NCBI RefSeq assembly: GCF_000255655.1
Contig: NZ_JH636436.1
Span: 654,985 to 718,984, forward strand
DNA from: Schlesneria paludicola DSM 18645
GTDB taxonomy: Bacteria; Planctomycetota; Planctomycetia; Planctomycetales; Planctomycetaceae
Direction of reading: 5' to 3'
Length of the DNA: 64,000 bases
In this document: in pieces, positions 1 through 10,165 of the stretch
Position numbering within the stretch: the first letter of the stretch is position 1
How the letters are laid out: every line of letters begins with the position of its first letter
Notes under the pieces: model-generated
What the model was told of the DNA's origin: nothing
What the model saw: only the letters and a program-made list of their open reading frames with translations
Databases searched by the model: none
Made by a program: the position numbers and the translations under genes

Positions 1-944
1 ATGCCAATGACCGACATGGTTCCGATGAGTGGCAGTCCGATTTCTCGGCAGGCATAAGGCAGCATCGGCAACAGCAGGCGCAGGAAACCGTATGTTCCCA
101 GTTTTAGCAACACACCGGCCAGCAAGACCGAACCTGCGGTGGGAGCTTCTACGTGGGCCAGTGGCAACCATGTGTGGAATGGGAACAGCGGTACCTTGAT
201 CATGAATCCGGCTGCGATCATCAGGAATAAGACGATCTGCGTCGAATCAGGTAGACCACCGGTCGCGAGAGCGGCCGCAAGGTCAGGAATGGCAAAGGGT
301 GTGGTCAGTGTGGGGTTCTTCTGAACAACAGTCACAACCAACGAGATCAACCCGAGCAGGGTGATCAAGCTGCCCGACAGCGTGTAGATAAAGAACTTGC
401 CAGCGGCGTAGCGACGCAACGGACCGCCCCAGATCCCGACCAGAAAGAACAAGGGGATGAGTGTGAATTCGAAGAACACATAGAACAACAAAATATCGAA
501 CGCACAGAAGACGCCGATCAGACCTGTTTCCAGAATCAGCAGGCAGGCATAGAACTCGGCCGCCCGTTCTTGAATCGCTGTCCAGGAAACCAGCACTGAC
601 GAGATGGTCAAGATCGTTGTCAACACGACCATGGCTAGACTGATGCCATCCAGCCCCAGGAAGAATTCGAACTTCACACCTGGACTATGGGGGCCTGCTT
701 GGGACAGGTCGAGCCAGGTGTGCCGCTGCACCATTTGAGGATGAACGGGTCCCCGTTCTGCAGCCGGGACGGCGGGCAGTTGGAGATACTGCGCGGCGAC
801 CGCCCACGAGACGAGGAATGTCGTAATCGTGGCAAGCAGTGCGACCCAACGGGCACGCTGGGCAGTGGCCTTGGGGTCAAGCAGCAGCAGCATGGCGGCT
901 GCGACTGCTGGCAGAAAAATCATGACGACTAACAAACTGGGCAT
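1..944 (-). CDS. nuoM: NADH-quinone oxidoreductase subunit M (N-terminal part; 3' end runs off window start)
   Basis: Manual minus-strand translation from the ATG at 944 gives a polytopic membrane protein ending ...FPFHTWLPLAHVEAPTAGSVLLAGVLLKLG (the FHTWLPxAH proton-pumping motif) and sits directly downstream of nuoL. Not in the ORF track because it is edge-truncated. Confidence 0.85.
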   Translation of the reverse strand, partial: MPSLLVVMIFLPAVAAAMLLLLDPKATAQRARWVALLATITTFLVSWAVAAQYLQLPAVPAAERGPVHPQMVQRHTWLDLSQAGPHSPGVKFEFFLGLDGISLAMVVLTTILTISSVLVSWTAIQERAAEFYACLLILETGLIGVFCAFDILLFYVFFEFTLIPLFFLVGIWGGPLRRYAAGKFFIYTLSGSLITLLGLISLVVTVVQKNPTLTTPFAIPDLAAALATGGLPDSTQIVLFLMIAAGFMIKVPLFPFHTWLPLAHVEAPTAGSVLLAGVLLKLGTYGFLRLLLPMLPYACREIGLPLIGTMSVIG

Positions 945-1017
945 CGAATCATACCTTTGCGGCGGAAAGCCGATTGCGGGCACAGGGAACGGATGACAGG
1001 CGTGGGTGTCGAACTCC

Positions 1018-3063
1018 TTACATCGTTCCCGCCAATGCTCGCAGCACCGAGATCAGGCAGACAATCAATCCGATCATCATGACGGTGCCATAATTCTGAA
1101 CCATTCCATTCTGAATCGGGCGGATGATGCTGCCGAATAGCCCGGGAATGAACCCGAAACAGTCGACGATCGTGTCAACCACCCAGCGGTCAAATAGTTC
1201 GCAGACGGTTGCAAACGCTCGCAATGGTCCTGCCACAAACTTGTAGCCGCACCAGTCGATATACAACCCTTCATGAGAGATATTGAAGCCCAGCGACATC
1301 CCACGCTTTAGGTTTTGCGGGATTCCCGGCGAAACCACGTAGAACAGGTACGCCACACCGATGCCACCCAGAGCCAGAATCGTACTGATTCCCATCATGA
1401 TGTAGTCTGGATCAAAGTGATGCGCTTCGGGCAGACCCGGTGTGTGATGCAGGTAATGGCCATAGAGCTCTGTCGGACCGGTGATGGCTCCGATGAACAA
1501 GGCTGCGATGGCGAGAATCGCCAATGGTCCTGCCATTGCGGGGGGCGCGTCGTGTGGATGATGTCCGGCTTCTTCCGGAAATTTCTCTTCACCCCAGAAC
1601 GTCATGAAGTAGGCGCGGAAGGTATAGAACGCGGTCATCAGCGAGGTCAGCAGCGCGACGCCAAGAACCATTTGATAGTACTGTCCACGTGTGGGATCTT
1701 GAGAGGCATCGACGAGGACAGCCAGGATTTCGTCCTTACTCCAAAAACCAGACAGCAGCGGAAATCCGGACAGGGCCAGAGCACCCGCCAGGAACGTCCA
1801 GTGGGTAATCGGCAACGCTTTCCGCAAACCGCTGAATCGCCGCATGTCGATCACATCGCCCATCGCGTGCATCACCGAACCGGCTGCCAGGAAGAGCACC
1901 GCCTTGAAGAAGGCATGCGTAAACATGTGGAACATGGCGAACGTCACAGCATGAGTCGCCAGGCCTTCGCCGCCGCCAGCGGCTCCCAATGCCATAAACA
2001 TGTAACCGAGCTGACTGACCGTCGAGTACGCGAGGACGCGTTTCAAGTCGTACTGGGTGAGCGCCGTGATTGCGGCGATCAAGGCCGTGGCAGCGCCGAT
2101 GATCGAGACAATCAACTGCACACTGGGGGCGTGTACGAAGAAGGGAGTGCAGCGGGCGACGAGATACACCCCGGCGGTCACCATGGTCGCGGCGTGGATT
2201 AAGGCGGAGACCGGGGTGGGGCCTTCCATCGCATCAGGCAACCAGACCTGCAGCGGGAACTGAGCGGACTTGCCCACGGCACCCACAAACAGCAGTGCGC
2301 AGATCGCGGTGAAGATGGTCGGTTGCGTTGCCACGATTCGATTGATGGCATCGGGTGATTCGAACAAGGTGCCGAAATCGAGTGTCCCAAACGTCAACCA
2401 GATCAGCAGAATTCCCAGAATAAACCCGAAGTCACCGATACGGTTGACGACAAAGGCTTTCTTGGCTGCTGCGGCCGCGCTTGGCTTATGGAACCAGAAC
2501 CCGATCAGCAGGTAGCTGCACAGCCCCACGGCTTCCCAGAAGACGAACATCATCAGGAAGTTGCCGGACAGGACCAGCATGCACATCGAGAAGACGAACA
2601 GGGACATCGCCGCGAAGAACCGGGGGTATCCGGGATCACCGGTCATGTAGCTGCTGGCGAAGATGGCAACCAGCAAGCTGACCGAAGTCACCATCGTCAA
2701 CATGAGGGCTGACATGGCGTCAGCACGCAAGATAATCGGAACATCGATCGTGCCAATCTTGATCCATTGGTAGACCGTTTTCACGATGGCGTGGCTGGCT
2801 TCGTGCTCTTCATGACCGAACCCGCTCGGCACCACCACGCTGAGGAGGTACAGCGACGCCGCAAACGAGATCGCCAGACCGAGCACCAGGGGGCGGTGAG
2901 CGTACTTGCGACGGATGACATGTCCGACCAGCACGATCCAGGCACACGCCAGCAGCGGTGCGGTGGGAATCAGCCAGATCACGTTCTCTTTAAGCCACTC
3001 TGTCACGGTCAACTCCGAATATTCGTTTGCCCATGGACCGTTCCACGGGGCTTCAATCGTCAA
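1018..3063 (-). CDS. nuoL: NADH-quinone oxidoreductase subunit L
   Basis: 681-aa polytopic membrane ORF with antiporter-like motifs (WLPDAMEGPTPVSALIHAATMVTAGVYL); position in the nuo operon. Confidence 0.9.
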   Translation of the reverse strand: MTIEAPWNGPWANEYSELTVTEWLKENVIWLIPTAPLLACAWIVLVGHVIRRKYAHRPLVLGLAISFAASLYLLSVVVPSGFGHEEHEASHAIVKTVYQWIKIGTIDVPIILRADAMSALMLTMVTSVSLLVAIFASSYMTGDPGYPRFFAAMSLFVFSMCMLVLSGNFLMMFVFWEAVGLCSYLLIGFWFHKPSAAAAAKKAFVVNRIGDFGFILGILLIWLTFGTLDFGTLFESPDAINRIVATQPTIFTAICALLFVGAVGKSAQFPLQVWLPDAMEGPTPVSALIHAATMVTAGVYLVARCTPFFVHAPSVQLIVSIIGAATALIAAITALTQYDLKRVLAYSTVSQLGYMFMALGAAGGGEGLATHAVTFAMFHMFTHAFFKAVLFLAAGSVMHAMGDVIDMRRFSGLRKALPITHWTFLAGALALSGFPLLSGFWSKDEILAVLVDASQDPTRGQYYQMVLGVALLTSLMTAFYTFRAYFMTFWGEEKFPEEAGHHPHDAPPAMAGPLAILAIAALFIGAITGPTELYGHYLHHTPGLPEAHHFDPDYIMMGISTILALGGIGVAYLFYVVSPGIPQNLKRGMSLGFNISHEGLYIDWCGYKFVAGPLRAFATVCELFDRWVVDTIVDCFGFIPGLFGSIIRPIQNGMVQNYGTVMMIGLIVCLISVLRALAGTM

Positions 3064-3118
3064 ACTTTGACTCGCTGACCCGCGATCAACAGTGTCGCGA
3101 GGTCACGCTGGCGTTTGG

Positions 3119-3562
3119 CTATGTCTTGGCCTGTGTCGGGCTGGGCGATTTTGGCATTCTTCCGGCCGGGGTCAGGTGTGGCAGATCCGCGTTCGGATCA
3201 GCAGGAGCCACGGTGGGGGATGCCACCCCGGAACCGGAGTACACTGGAAGATCGTCTTCACCCAGTTTGCCCCACAAGAACACGTCCAGCGACTTGCGAC
3301 GCTGGTAAAGCGACAGAATCATTGCGAGTGCCAATCCTGCCTCGCACGCAGCGACGGTCAGCACGAAGATCGTGAAGATCTGACCTTGTGGATTGTTGTG
3401 ATAGCGGCTGAAAGCGGTCAAATTGACCGAAACGCCATGCAGCATCAGTTCTGCTGAGAGCATGATCAGAATCAAGTTGCGACGCGTCAGGAAGCCGATC
3501 ATCCCCAGGATGAACAGCGTTGCGCCGATGATCAACTGATTTTCCAAAGCGGTGGTCGTCAT
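3119..3562 (-). CDS. nuoK: NADH-quinone oxidoreductase subunit K with Pro-rich C-terminal extension
   Basis: N-terminal ~100 aa match NuoK (LIIGATLFILGMIGFLTRRNLI...). There is a 4-bp ATGA overlap with nuoJ. A ~45-aa Pro/Ala-rich tail follows. Confidence 0.8.
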   Translation of the reverse strand: MTTTALENQLIIGATLFILGMIGFLTRRNLILIMLSAELMLHGVSVNLTAFSRYHNNPQGQIFTIFVLTVAACEAGLALAMILSLYQRRKSLDVFLWGKLGEDDLPVYSGSGVASPTVAPADPNADLPHLTPAGRMPKSPSPTQAKT

Positions 3563-4335
3563 AGTGTTCCTTGTGACCTCCGCGGTGCGAGTGCGATGGC
3601 GCCGATCGTGGCAATCAACAGCACCGTTCCGGCCAACTCGACAAAGTAGAGATAATCTCCGAATAGCGAACGTCCCAGGACTTTCAGTGAACCGATTTCG
3701 CGGGAGGTGTTTGTTTCGGTGTACGCGGCCTGGCTGAGCGGATTCGCCTCGATGGTGACGGGAACGGCGATGAACTGCCCGGATTGCGGTGCGTCATTCG
3801 TTGATTTGCCGTCGATCCCACCCCATTGCTGGAGGGTCAACAAGAGTGCCCCCAGCAGGACGAACGCACCGAACGATGCCACTCCTGGCTGGAATGGGTG
3901 GTTATCGTAACCGCCGCTGGACGCGGTTTGCTGGGCAAGCATGATCACGAACATAAACGTCACGATGATCGCACCGGCATAGACGATAATGGTCGTCGCC
4001 GCCAGAAAGGGGGCCGAGTTGATCAGGAACAGGCCACAAACCGCCAGGGTCACGATTGCGAACCACAAGGCCGAGTAGACGGGGTTGCGGTCGGTCACCA
4101 TCAACGTGGCACTGATGACTGCCGTCGCTGCAAAGACGAAAAACAGGGCGCTACGGATGAAGTCGCCCGTGGCGGGCAACAGCATGGGCTGGAGAGTCAG
4201 CAGGGCAGCCAGCCCTACGAGTCCACCAAGAATCCGCGGGCGATGCTTGCCTGCAGGCATCAGCAACCAAACGGCCAGCCAGCCCAATCCCAACGGGATC
4301 AGCAGCAGTCCGTTTTCTTTCAACCATTCCATCAC
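3559..4335 (-). CDS. nuoJ: NADH-quinone oxidoreductase subunit J
   Basis: 258-aa membrane ORF placed between nuoI and nuoK. Confidence 0.85.
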   Translation of the reverse strand: MMEWLKENGLLLIPLGLGWLAVWLLMPAGKHRPRILGGLVGLAALLTLQPMLLPATGDFIRSALFFVFAATAVISATLMVTDRNPVYSALWFAIVTLAVCGLFLINSAPFLAATTIIVYAGAIIVTFMFVIMLAQQTASSGGYDNHPFQPGVASFGAFVLLGALLLTLQQWGGIDGKSTNDAPQSGQFIAVPVTIEANPLSQAAYTETNTSREIGSLKVLGRSLFGDYLYFVELAGTVLLIATIGAIALAPRRSQGTL

Positions 4336-4424
4336 AATTCATTCCCGTCAGAAGCAACTAGTTGCAGGAATCAAAATGAATTCAGCAGCCGAGGTGTTTG
4401 AGCCGTCACGCTCATACCGAGTGG

Positions 4425-5072
4425 TTACTCAATCACTCCCGCCGTGGAAGACTTGGCCGCGCGGTCGTCTGTTTTGACAGACGTCGCAGGGCCTAGCGTA
4501 TGCAGTTCAACGAAATCACTGGCATGACCCAACTGGCCTTTGTGCGTCCGGATGGGGTTGTTGGGGGTGTCTTTGGTCTGGTCAAAGACGCTTAACAGTT
4601 TCTCTTTGTCGAACATCATTTCCTGGCGGGTCAACCCGACCAGATCGAAGATGTTGGTCAATTCGATGGAATCAACGGGACACGCTTCTTCGCACATCCC
4701 GCAGTAGATGCACTTCAGTTCGTCGATCACAAAGGATTTCGGGAACTTGTCGCGATCGGCCCAGTGAGGATCATCCTTCGGGGCATCCTGAGCGACGATG
4801 TCAATGCACCGAGCTGGGCATGCCGTGGCGCACATCATGCATGCCACGCATTTGACGCGACCTTTGTCGTCGCGATTCAAACGGTGTACGCCACGATAGT
4901 GTGTTGGCAGTGCCGGTTTTTGTTCTGGGTAGAATTCCGTGACGGGGTTGAAGTCCGTGACGTGATTTCCCGTCGTCCGCAAACCGTCGAAGACCGCGGG
5001 AAGGAATGTCGATTCCCAGAAGTTCATCGGCGGTTCTTCGACCCAGTCGACGTCTTTCGGATCAATGGCCAT
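4425..5072 (-). CDS. nuoI: NADH-quinone oxidoreductase subunit I (2x[4Fe-4S] ferredoxin)
   Basis: Two CxxCxxCxxxCP motifs (CIYCGMCEEACP, CVACMMCATACP). Confidence 0.9.
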   Translation of the reverse strand: MAIDPKDVDWVEEPPMNFWESTFLPAVFDGLRTTGNHVTDFNPVTEFYPEQKPALPTHYRGVHRLNRDDKGRVKCVACMMCATACPARCIDIVAQDAPKDDPHWADRDKFPKSFVIDELKCIYCGMCEEACPVDSIELTNIFDLVGLTRQEMMFDKEKLLSVFDQTKDTPNNPIRTHKGQLGHASDFVELHTLGPATSVKTDDRAAKSSTAGVIE

Positions 5073-5167
5073 GATTCGTCCTTATCGTTCTTAACTTCCG
5101 CTTGTCCGTGATCGTCACGCGTTGATGGCGTTTCTGAGAAGCAATGCGGAGTTCAGTTGTGCAATCT

Positions 5168-6382
5168 TCAGTGTGCGTGTGCGTGATGTCCGGCCGCTTC
5201 AACGGGTACTGCGGCCAAACGTCGTGCGAATGGACGTGTCGCCTGAGTGCCCATCAAGCCCGCGCCCAAAATTAGTCCCAAAGACATTGGCAAGAGCCAC
5301 CAGACGTTCAAATTGAATTGTTTGACGACCATCACAGTTACGACATTCAGCGTCGCCAACGGGATCATCACCTTCCAGGCAAGGCCCATCAGTTGATCGA
5401 ATCGGAAGCGAGGAATTGTCCATCGCAACATCTGAATCACGATGATGAAGGCGAACGACTTGGTCAGCAGAACGAGAACCTTAACCAGGGTTGAACCCAG
5501 ATAGTTACTGTTCGCTTCGGCGATGAATGGGAATTGCCAGCCACCGAAGAACAGGATGCTGGTCAGGAAGCTGATCGTGATGACGTGTGTGTATTCACCC
5601 AGGAAAAACAGACCCCATTTCATGGCGCTGTATTCGGTGTGCCAGCCACCGACGAGTTCTTGCTCACACTCTGACAAGTCAAACGGGAGACGCTGCGCTT
5701 CCGCCATGGCTGCGGTGAAAAAAAGAACGCACGCCAAAGGCTGAAACCAAATGTTCCAGCCAAAGATTCCTGCATTGGCCTGATGCAACAGGATCTTTTC
5801 GAGACTCATGGAATTGGTCAGCAGGGCGATACCAACCACCGACATTCCCAAGGGGATTTCGTAGCTGACCACTTGAGCGCTCGCCCGCATTGCACCAAGT
5901 GCGCTGTATTTATTGTTCGAGGCCCATCCACCGAGGATAACGCCGTACACGGCGAGGCTGCCGACTGCGAAAATGAAGATCAAACCCAGGTCAATCCCCG
6001 GGGCAATGATGAACGGAAATTGTCCGTCGGTCGAACTGAGGTTGTTTGGAACCGGTCCGAATGGCACAACGGCGAAAGCGAGCATCGTCGTGAATACTGA
6101 AATGCCCGGCGCAAGCAGAAACAAAACCTTGTTGACGTGACCCGGGATCACGTCTTCCTTGAGCAGCAGTTTGACCATGTCGGCGACGGGCTGAAGCAAA
6201 CCCCAGGGACCAACCCGGTTGGGGCCGATGCGGTCTTGCATCCACGCGGACAGCTTACGTTCGAGCAGAATCAGGTAGGAACACACGCCCAAATTGATGT
6301 TCATCACGATGGCAATCGTGAGCATCGGCATGACGAAGGGGCGAGCCCATTCCGGAAACCAGTTGATGAGTTGTTCAAGCAT
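5168..6382 (-). CDS. nuoH: NADH-quinone oxidoreductase subunit H
   Basis: 404-aa membrane ORF with NuoH/ND1-like sequence (LERKLSAWMQDRIGPNRVGP). Confidence 0.9.
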   Translation of the reverse strand: MLEQLINWFPEWARPFVMPMLTIAIVMNINLGVCSYLILLERKLSAWMQDRIGPNRVGPWGLLQPVADMVKLLLKEDVIPGHVNKVLFLLAPGISVFTTMLAFAVVPFGPVPNNLSSTDGQFPFIIAPGIDLGLIFIFAVGSLAVYGVILGGWASNNKYSALGAMRASAQVVSYEIPLGMSVVGIALLTNSMSLEKILLHQANAGIFGWNIWFQPLACVLFFTAAMAEAQRLPFDLSECEQELVGGWHTEYSAMKWGLFFLGEYTHVITISFLTSILFFGGWQFPFIAEANSNYLGSTLVKVLVLLTKSFAFIIVIQMLRWTIPRFRFDQLMGLAWKVMIPLATLNVVTVMVVKQFNLNVWWLLPMSLGLILGAGLMGTQATRPFARRLAAVPVEAAGHHAHAH

Positions 6383-6433
6383 GACGCGGATTGACTTGTC
6401 TTTAAAAAGGTTCCAAGGACAACATGCGGAACA

Positions 6434-8095
6434 TCAACCGACTGGTTGAAGTGTGGCCGCGCCGGTCGAGGATAACAACACTCCCTCTTCGGACAGATCG
6501 CCCACCTTGAGCGCTGCCAGTGCGGGGATTTCGCCCGCGATTTCCTGTCGTAACGTCGAGGCGTGGAACAAGCCATGGCGTCCGGCGAGTTCCATTAAAA
6601 TTCGTCCATCGGGCCGACTGAATTCCGGTCCACGCAATCCGCGATGAATGGCTTGTGCCAACCCAGCATGATTGACGAACGTACCATCTTTTTCGGCCCA
6701 GGCCGCCCCGGCGAGCACAAACTGAGCTTTGTCGCTTGCGGGTGTGGCGATCAGGTCTTGAACGATGAGCGTCTTCAGTTTGTCGAGCTTGCCGATGTCG
6801 GCTGCATCAATCCAGCCTTCAGGATCTCCACCCAGGACATACAGCGTGTCGATGCTGCCGCGGGTGACTTGTTCGAGAATTGCTGATTGCGTGACGACCT
6901 GTCCACCGAAATGCTTGAGGACGGCTTCGACACCGCGCTTGTTCGGGCACTTTTCGGCGCGGATCGTAAACTTCGTTGGCAGGACCGGTTTTCCGTGGAC
7001 GTCCTTCGGGTACAGGTCATCGCCTCCGACCATCCGAACGTGCCCCAGCCCCAATTTCACCTCGGGATTGATCGACTTCGCGTATTTCGCGAGCAGATAC
7101 GCTTCTTCAACGGTTGCCCACGGCGAGATCAGTACCGCCAGCTTGGATTTCGCCTGCTGCAAGGCGTTGCGGACGGCAGGCAGAATCGCATCCCAGTCTT
7201 TCGATGTGACCGTACCATTGGAACGTTGTTCAGGCGTCTTGAGCCGCTTGTCCGAATGGATGTACTTCCAGCCGAACCGACCTTCGTCACACATGAAGCT
7301 GCCCTGGGCCTGTGGATTTTCACGAGGCTTCAGGCGATACAGGACGTCTTCGTTCTGATCGACCGTGATGCTGCAACCGGTGCTGCAGTTTGGACAGACG
7401 CTGTTCTTCGACTTCAGCCACCAGACGCGCTGTTCGTAGAGGAAATCTTTGCTGCAGAGCGCACCCACCGGGCAAAGGTCGACAACATTACCAGCCAATT
7501 TGTTGTTACACGGTTCGCCGGGGAAGATGTCGATCTCTTCGTGCGTTCCGCGGCTGACGACCTGCATTTCGGCCGTGCCGCTGATCTCGCGCGTGAACCG
7601 CACGCAGCGCGTACACATGATGCAGCGATCGGTGAACAGAGTGATCTGATCGCCGATGTAATCTTTGTCCGGCTTGATGTTCTTAGGCTCTTGCAACCGG
7701 CTGTAACCGCGTCCGTACTTGTAGCTGTAGTCTTGCAAGCCGCATTCGCCAGCCTGATCGCAGACGGGGCAGTCGAGCGGGTGGTTCAGCAGCAGGTACT
7801 CAAGCGTCGCCTTCTGTGCGGCGAGCACCTTTTCACTGTTGGAAATCACGACCGTGCCATCTTTGACGGGAGTCTGACAACCGGGCAGCAGTTTGGGCTG
7901 CATGGCGATCGTGCCGTCCGGCTTTTTCTCGCCGACTTCGACCAGACACATGCGACAACTGGCGACGACCGATAGATCATGATGCCAGCAGTAGCTAGGG
8001 ATTTCGTCACCGGCCCTTTGAGCAGCCTGAATGCAGTTCAGTCGCTCGTTGGCACCAATCTCAACCGGCTTGTTGTTAACGATAACTGTGGGCAT
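6434..8095 (-). CDS. nuoG: NADH-quinone oxidoreductase subunit G (short, 553 aa)
   Basis: N-terminal 2Fe-2S and 4Fe-4S cysteine motifs (CWHHDLSVVASCRMCLVEV, CIMCTRCVRF). Shorter than enterobacterial NuoG. Confidence 0.85.
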   Translation of the reverse strand: MPTVIVNNKPVEIGANERLNCIQAAQRAGDEIPSYCWHHDLSVVASCRMCLVEVGEKKPDGTIAMQPKLLPGCQTPVKDGTVVISNSEKVLAAQKATLEYLLLNHPLDCPVCDQAGECGLQDYSYKYGRGYSRLQEPKNIKPDKDYIGDQITLFTDRCIMCTRCVRFTREISGTAEMQVVSRGTHEEIDIFPGEPCNNKLAGNVVDLCPVGALCSKDFLYEQRVWWLKSKNSVCPNCSTGCSITVDQNEDVLYRLKPRENPQAQGSFMCDEGRFGWKYIHSDKRLKTPEQRSNGTVTSKDWDAILPAVRNALQQAKSKLAVLISPWATVEEAYLLAKYAKSINPEVKLGLGHVRMVGGDDLYPKDVHGKPVLPTKFTIRAEKCPNKRGVEAVLKHFGGQVVTQSAILEQVTRGSIDTLYVLGGDPEGWIDAADIGKLDKLKTLIVQDLIATPASDKAQFVLAGAAWAEKDGTFVNHAGLAQAIHRGLRGPEFSRPDGRILMELAGRHGLFHASTLRQEIAGEIPALAALKVGDLSEEGVLLSSTGAATLQPVG

Positions 8096-8158
8096 AAGGC
8101 TTCAATGGCTTATCGTGGGATAGGGATGACTCAGAAGATCCAGTTGCAAGCAGGTTGC

Positions 8159-9553
8159 TCAGTGGACTTCCATCAATGCGTCTGAGGGTTTCACGGTTTT
8201 GCGTCCGGTGCGAATGTACTCTTCAAACTCGCCGCGGAACTTCTTGATCGCATTCTTGATCGGCCAGGCTGCTCCGTCGGACAGACCACAGATCGTGGTG
8301 CCGGGGATGATGCCCATCGACGAGGCGACTTCGACGAGAAGATCGAGGTCGCGCAGTTGGCCTTCGCCCATTCGAATTCGGGCGAGAATCTTGTGCATCC
8401 ATGCGGTTCCTTCACGGCAGGGCGTGCATTGGCCGCACGATTCATGCGCAAAGAAGCGAGCACAGTTGAACAGGACGTCGACCATGCTGGTCTCATCGTC
8501 GATCACGGTGATCGCCGCCGTGCCGAGACCCAGGCAGCCGGCCTTGCCGGGGCCGTTGAAATCGAGTGGAAGATCCAATTCTTCCGCAGAGAGAAAGCCC
8601 ATGCTGATTCCACCGGGAACGACCGCCTTGGCTTTGCGACCTTTCCAGACACCACCGGCATGCTTGTCGATCAATTCACGAGTTGTGATACCCATTGGCA
8701 GTTCAACACAACCCGGCTTATTGACGTGACCGCTGATGCAATACAGCTTGGGACCGTAGCTGCCGGCGTCGCGAGGATTGTTGGGGTCGGGCGGGACACC
8801 CAGACTCTTGAACCAGGCCGAACCGCGATCAAGAATTTGCTTGACGCATGCCATCGTTTCGATGTTGTTGACGATGGTGGGTTTTCGGAACAGCCCTTCG
8901 ATGGCGGGGAACGGAGGCTTGATTCGTGGCCAGGCGCGTTTGCCTTCGAGGCTTTCGATCAGTCCGGTTTCTTCACCACAGATATAGGCCGCCGCACCGC
9001 GATGCAGCACAACGTCGAGATCGAATCCGGTACCATGGATGTTCTTTCCGAACAGTCCCTTGGCATAGCATTCGTCGACGGCCTTCTGCAAGACGCGATA
9101 GCTGCGACCATACTCGTATCGCAGATAGATATAGGCCTTGTTCGATTTAATGGCGAAGCAACTGATCGCAATCCCTTCGAGGATCTGATGGGGATCTTCT
9201 TCCATCAGGATGCGATTGTTGAACGTGGCCGGTTCGGATTCATCCGCGTTGATGGCGAGATAGATCGGTCCGGCATGGTCCTTTGGCAGGAACGTCCATT
9301 TTAATCCGGTGGGAAATCCGGCCCCGCCGCGACCGCGCAGCCCCGAATCTTTCACCAGATTGATGACGTCGACCGGTGGCATCGCGAGCGCTTTCTTGAA
9401 GCCCTCGTAGCCGCCGTCACGCAGGTAAGTTTCCAGCGACGCACTGTCTGGTTTCCCGACGCGTGCCAAAAGTGTTGGTTCAAAGGTGGGCATATGTGTC
9501 TCGGAAGAAGCATGCACGGTTCGTATCAGAATCGCCGTCGATTCTGGTCGCAT
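8159..9553 (-). CDS. nuoF: NADH-quinone oxidoreductase subunit F
   Basis: FMN/NADH-binding motifs (GRGGAGFPTGLKW) and a C-terminal 4Fe-4S motif (ESCGQCTPCREG). Confidence 0.9.
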   Translation of the reverse strand: MRPESTAILIRTVHASSETHMPTFEPTLLARVGKPDSASLETYLRDGGYEGFKKALAMPPVDVINLVKDSGLRGRGGAGFPTGLKWTFLPKDHAGPIYLAINADESEPATFNNRILMEEDPHQILEGIAISCFAIKSNKAYIYLRYEYGRSYRVLQKAVDECYAKGLFGKNIHGTGFDLDVVLHRGAAAYICGEETGLIESLEGKRAWPRIKPPFPAIEGLFRKPTIVNNIETMACVKQILDRGSAWFKSLGVPPDPNNPRDAGSYGPKLYCISGHVNKPGCVELPMGITTRELIDKHAGGVWKGRKAKAVVPGGISMGFLSAEELDLPLDFNGPGKAGCLGLGTAAITVIDDETSMVDVLFNCARFFAHESCGQCTPCREGTAWMHKILARIRMGEGQLRDLDLLVEVASSMGIIPGTTICGLSDGAAWPIKNAIKKFRGEFEEYIRTGRKTVKPSDALMEVH

Positions 9554-9584
9554 CCGCTAGGCTTCCAACTCCTGAATTCGACTC

Positions 9585-10070
9585 TCACAAGGACTTCAAA
9601 AGTGCATCCGCCTTCTCGGGCGTGATGTTCATATGGGCTTCGTCATCGACCAGGATGCAGGGAGCGCCTTCGCAGGCACCCAGGCATTCGGCAAATTCCA
9701 TCGTGATTTTTCCATCCGCGGACGTTTGCCCAGGATGCACATGCAACTTCTCGCACATGTGTTGCAGCAATTCTTCACCGCCGCGCAACATGCAACTGAT
9801 GCTGCGGCAGACCCAGACGCGATGCTTTCCCAGCTTGTGCTTCTCGTCTTTGAAGAACTGGTAGAACGACATCGTGTCGTGGACTTCGGACGGGTGCAGT
9901 TCAAGCAGTTCCGCAATCTCACGGACAGCTTCGATCGAAACCGATCGCTGTGCGTCCTGCACCAAGTGCAGCGCTGGCAGGACGACGGCTCGCTTATTCG
10001 GGTACTTTGGGAATTGCGCCCGGATCTGGTCTCGCAATTCCTCGCTCAACACGCCCATCGTTTCTCTCAC
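9585..10070 (-). CDS. nuoE: NADH-quinone oxidoreductase subunit E
   Basis: 161-aa thioredoxin-like 2Fe-2S protein (CRSISCMLRG...CLGACEGAP). Confidence 0.9.
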   Translation of the reverse strand: MRETMGVLSEELRDQIRAQFPKYPNKRAVVLPALHLVQDAQRSVSIEAVREIAELLELHPSEVHDTMSFYQFFKDEKHKLGKHRVWVCRSISCMLRGGEELLQHMCEKLHVHPGQTSADGKITMEFAECLGACEGAPCILVDDEAHMNITPEKADALLKSL

Positions 10071-10165
10071 TTCACAACAAAACTTCAGTACTTTGCGCTG
10101 CGTCTGTCTTTTGCGCTGGTGGCCAGGGTGCCACGGAAATCTTCATGTCGTGGGCTGCGGCCCGG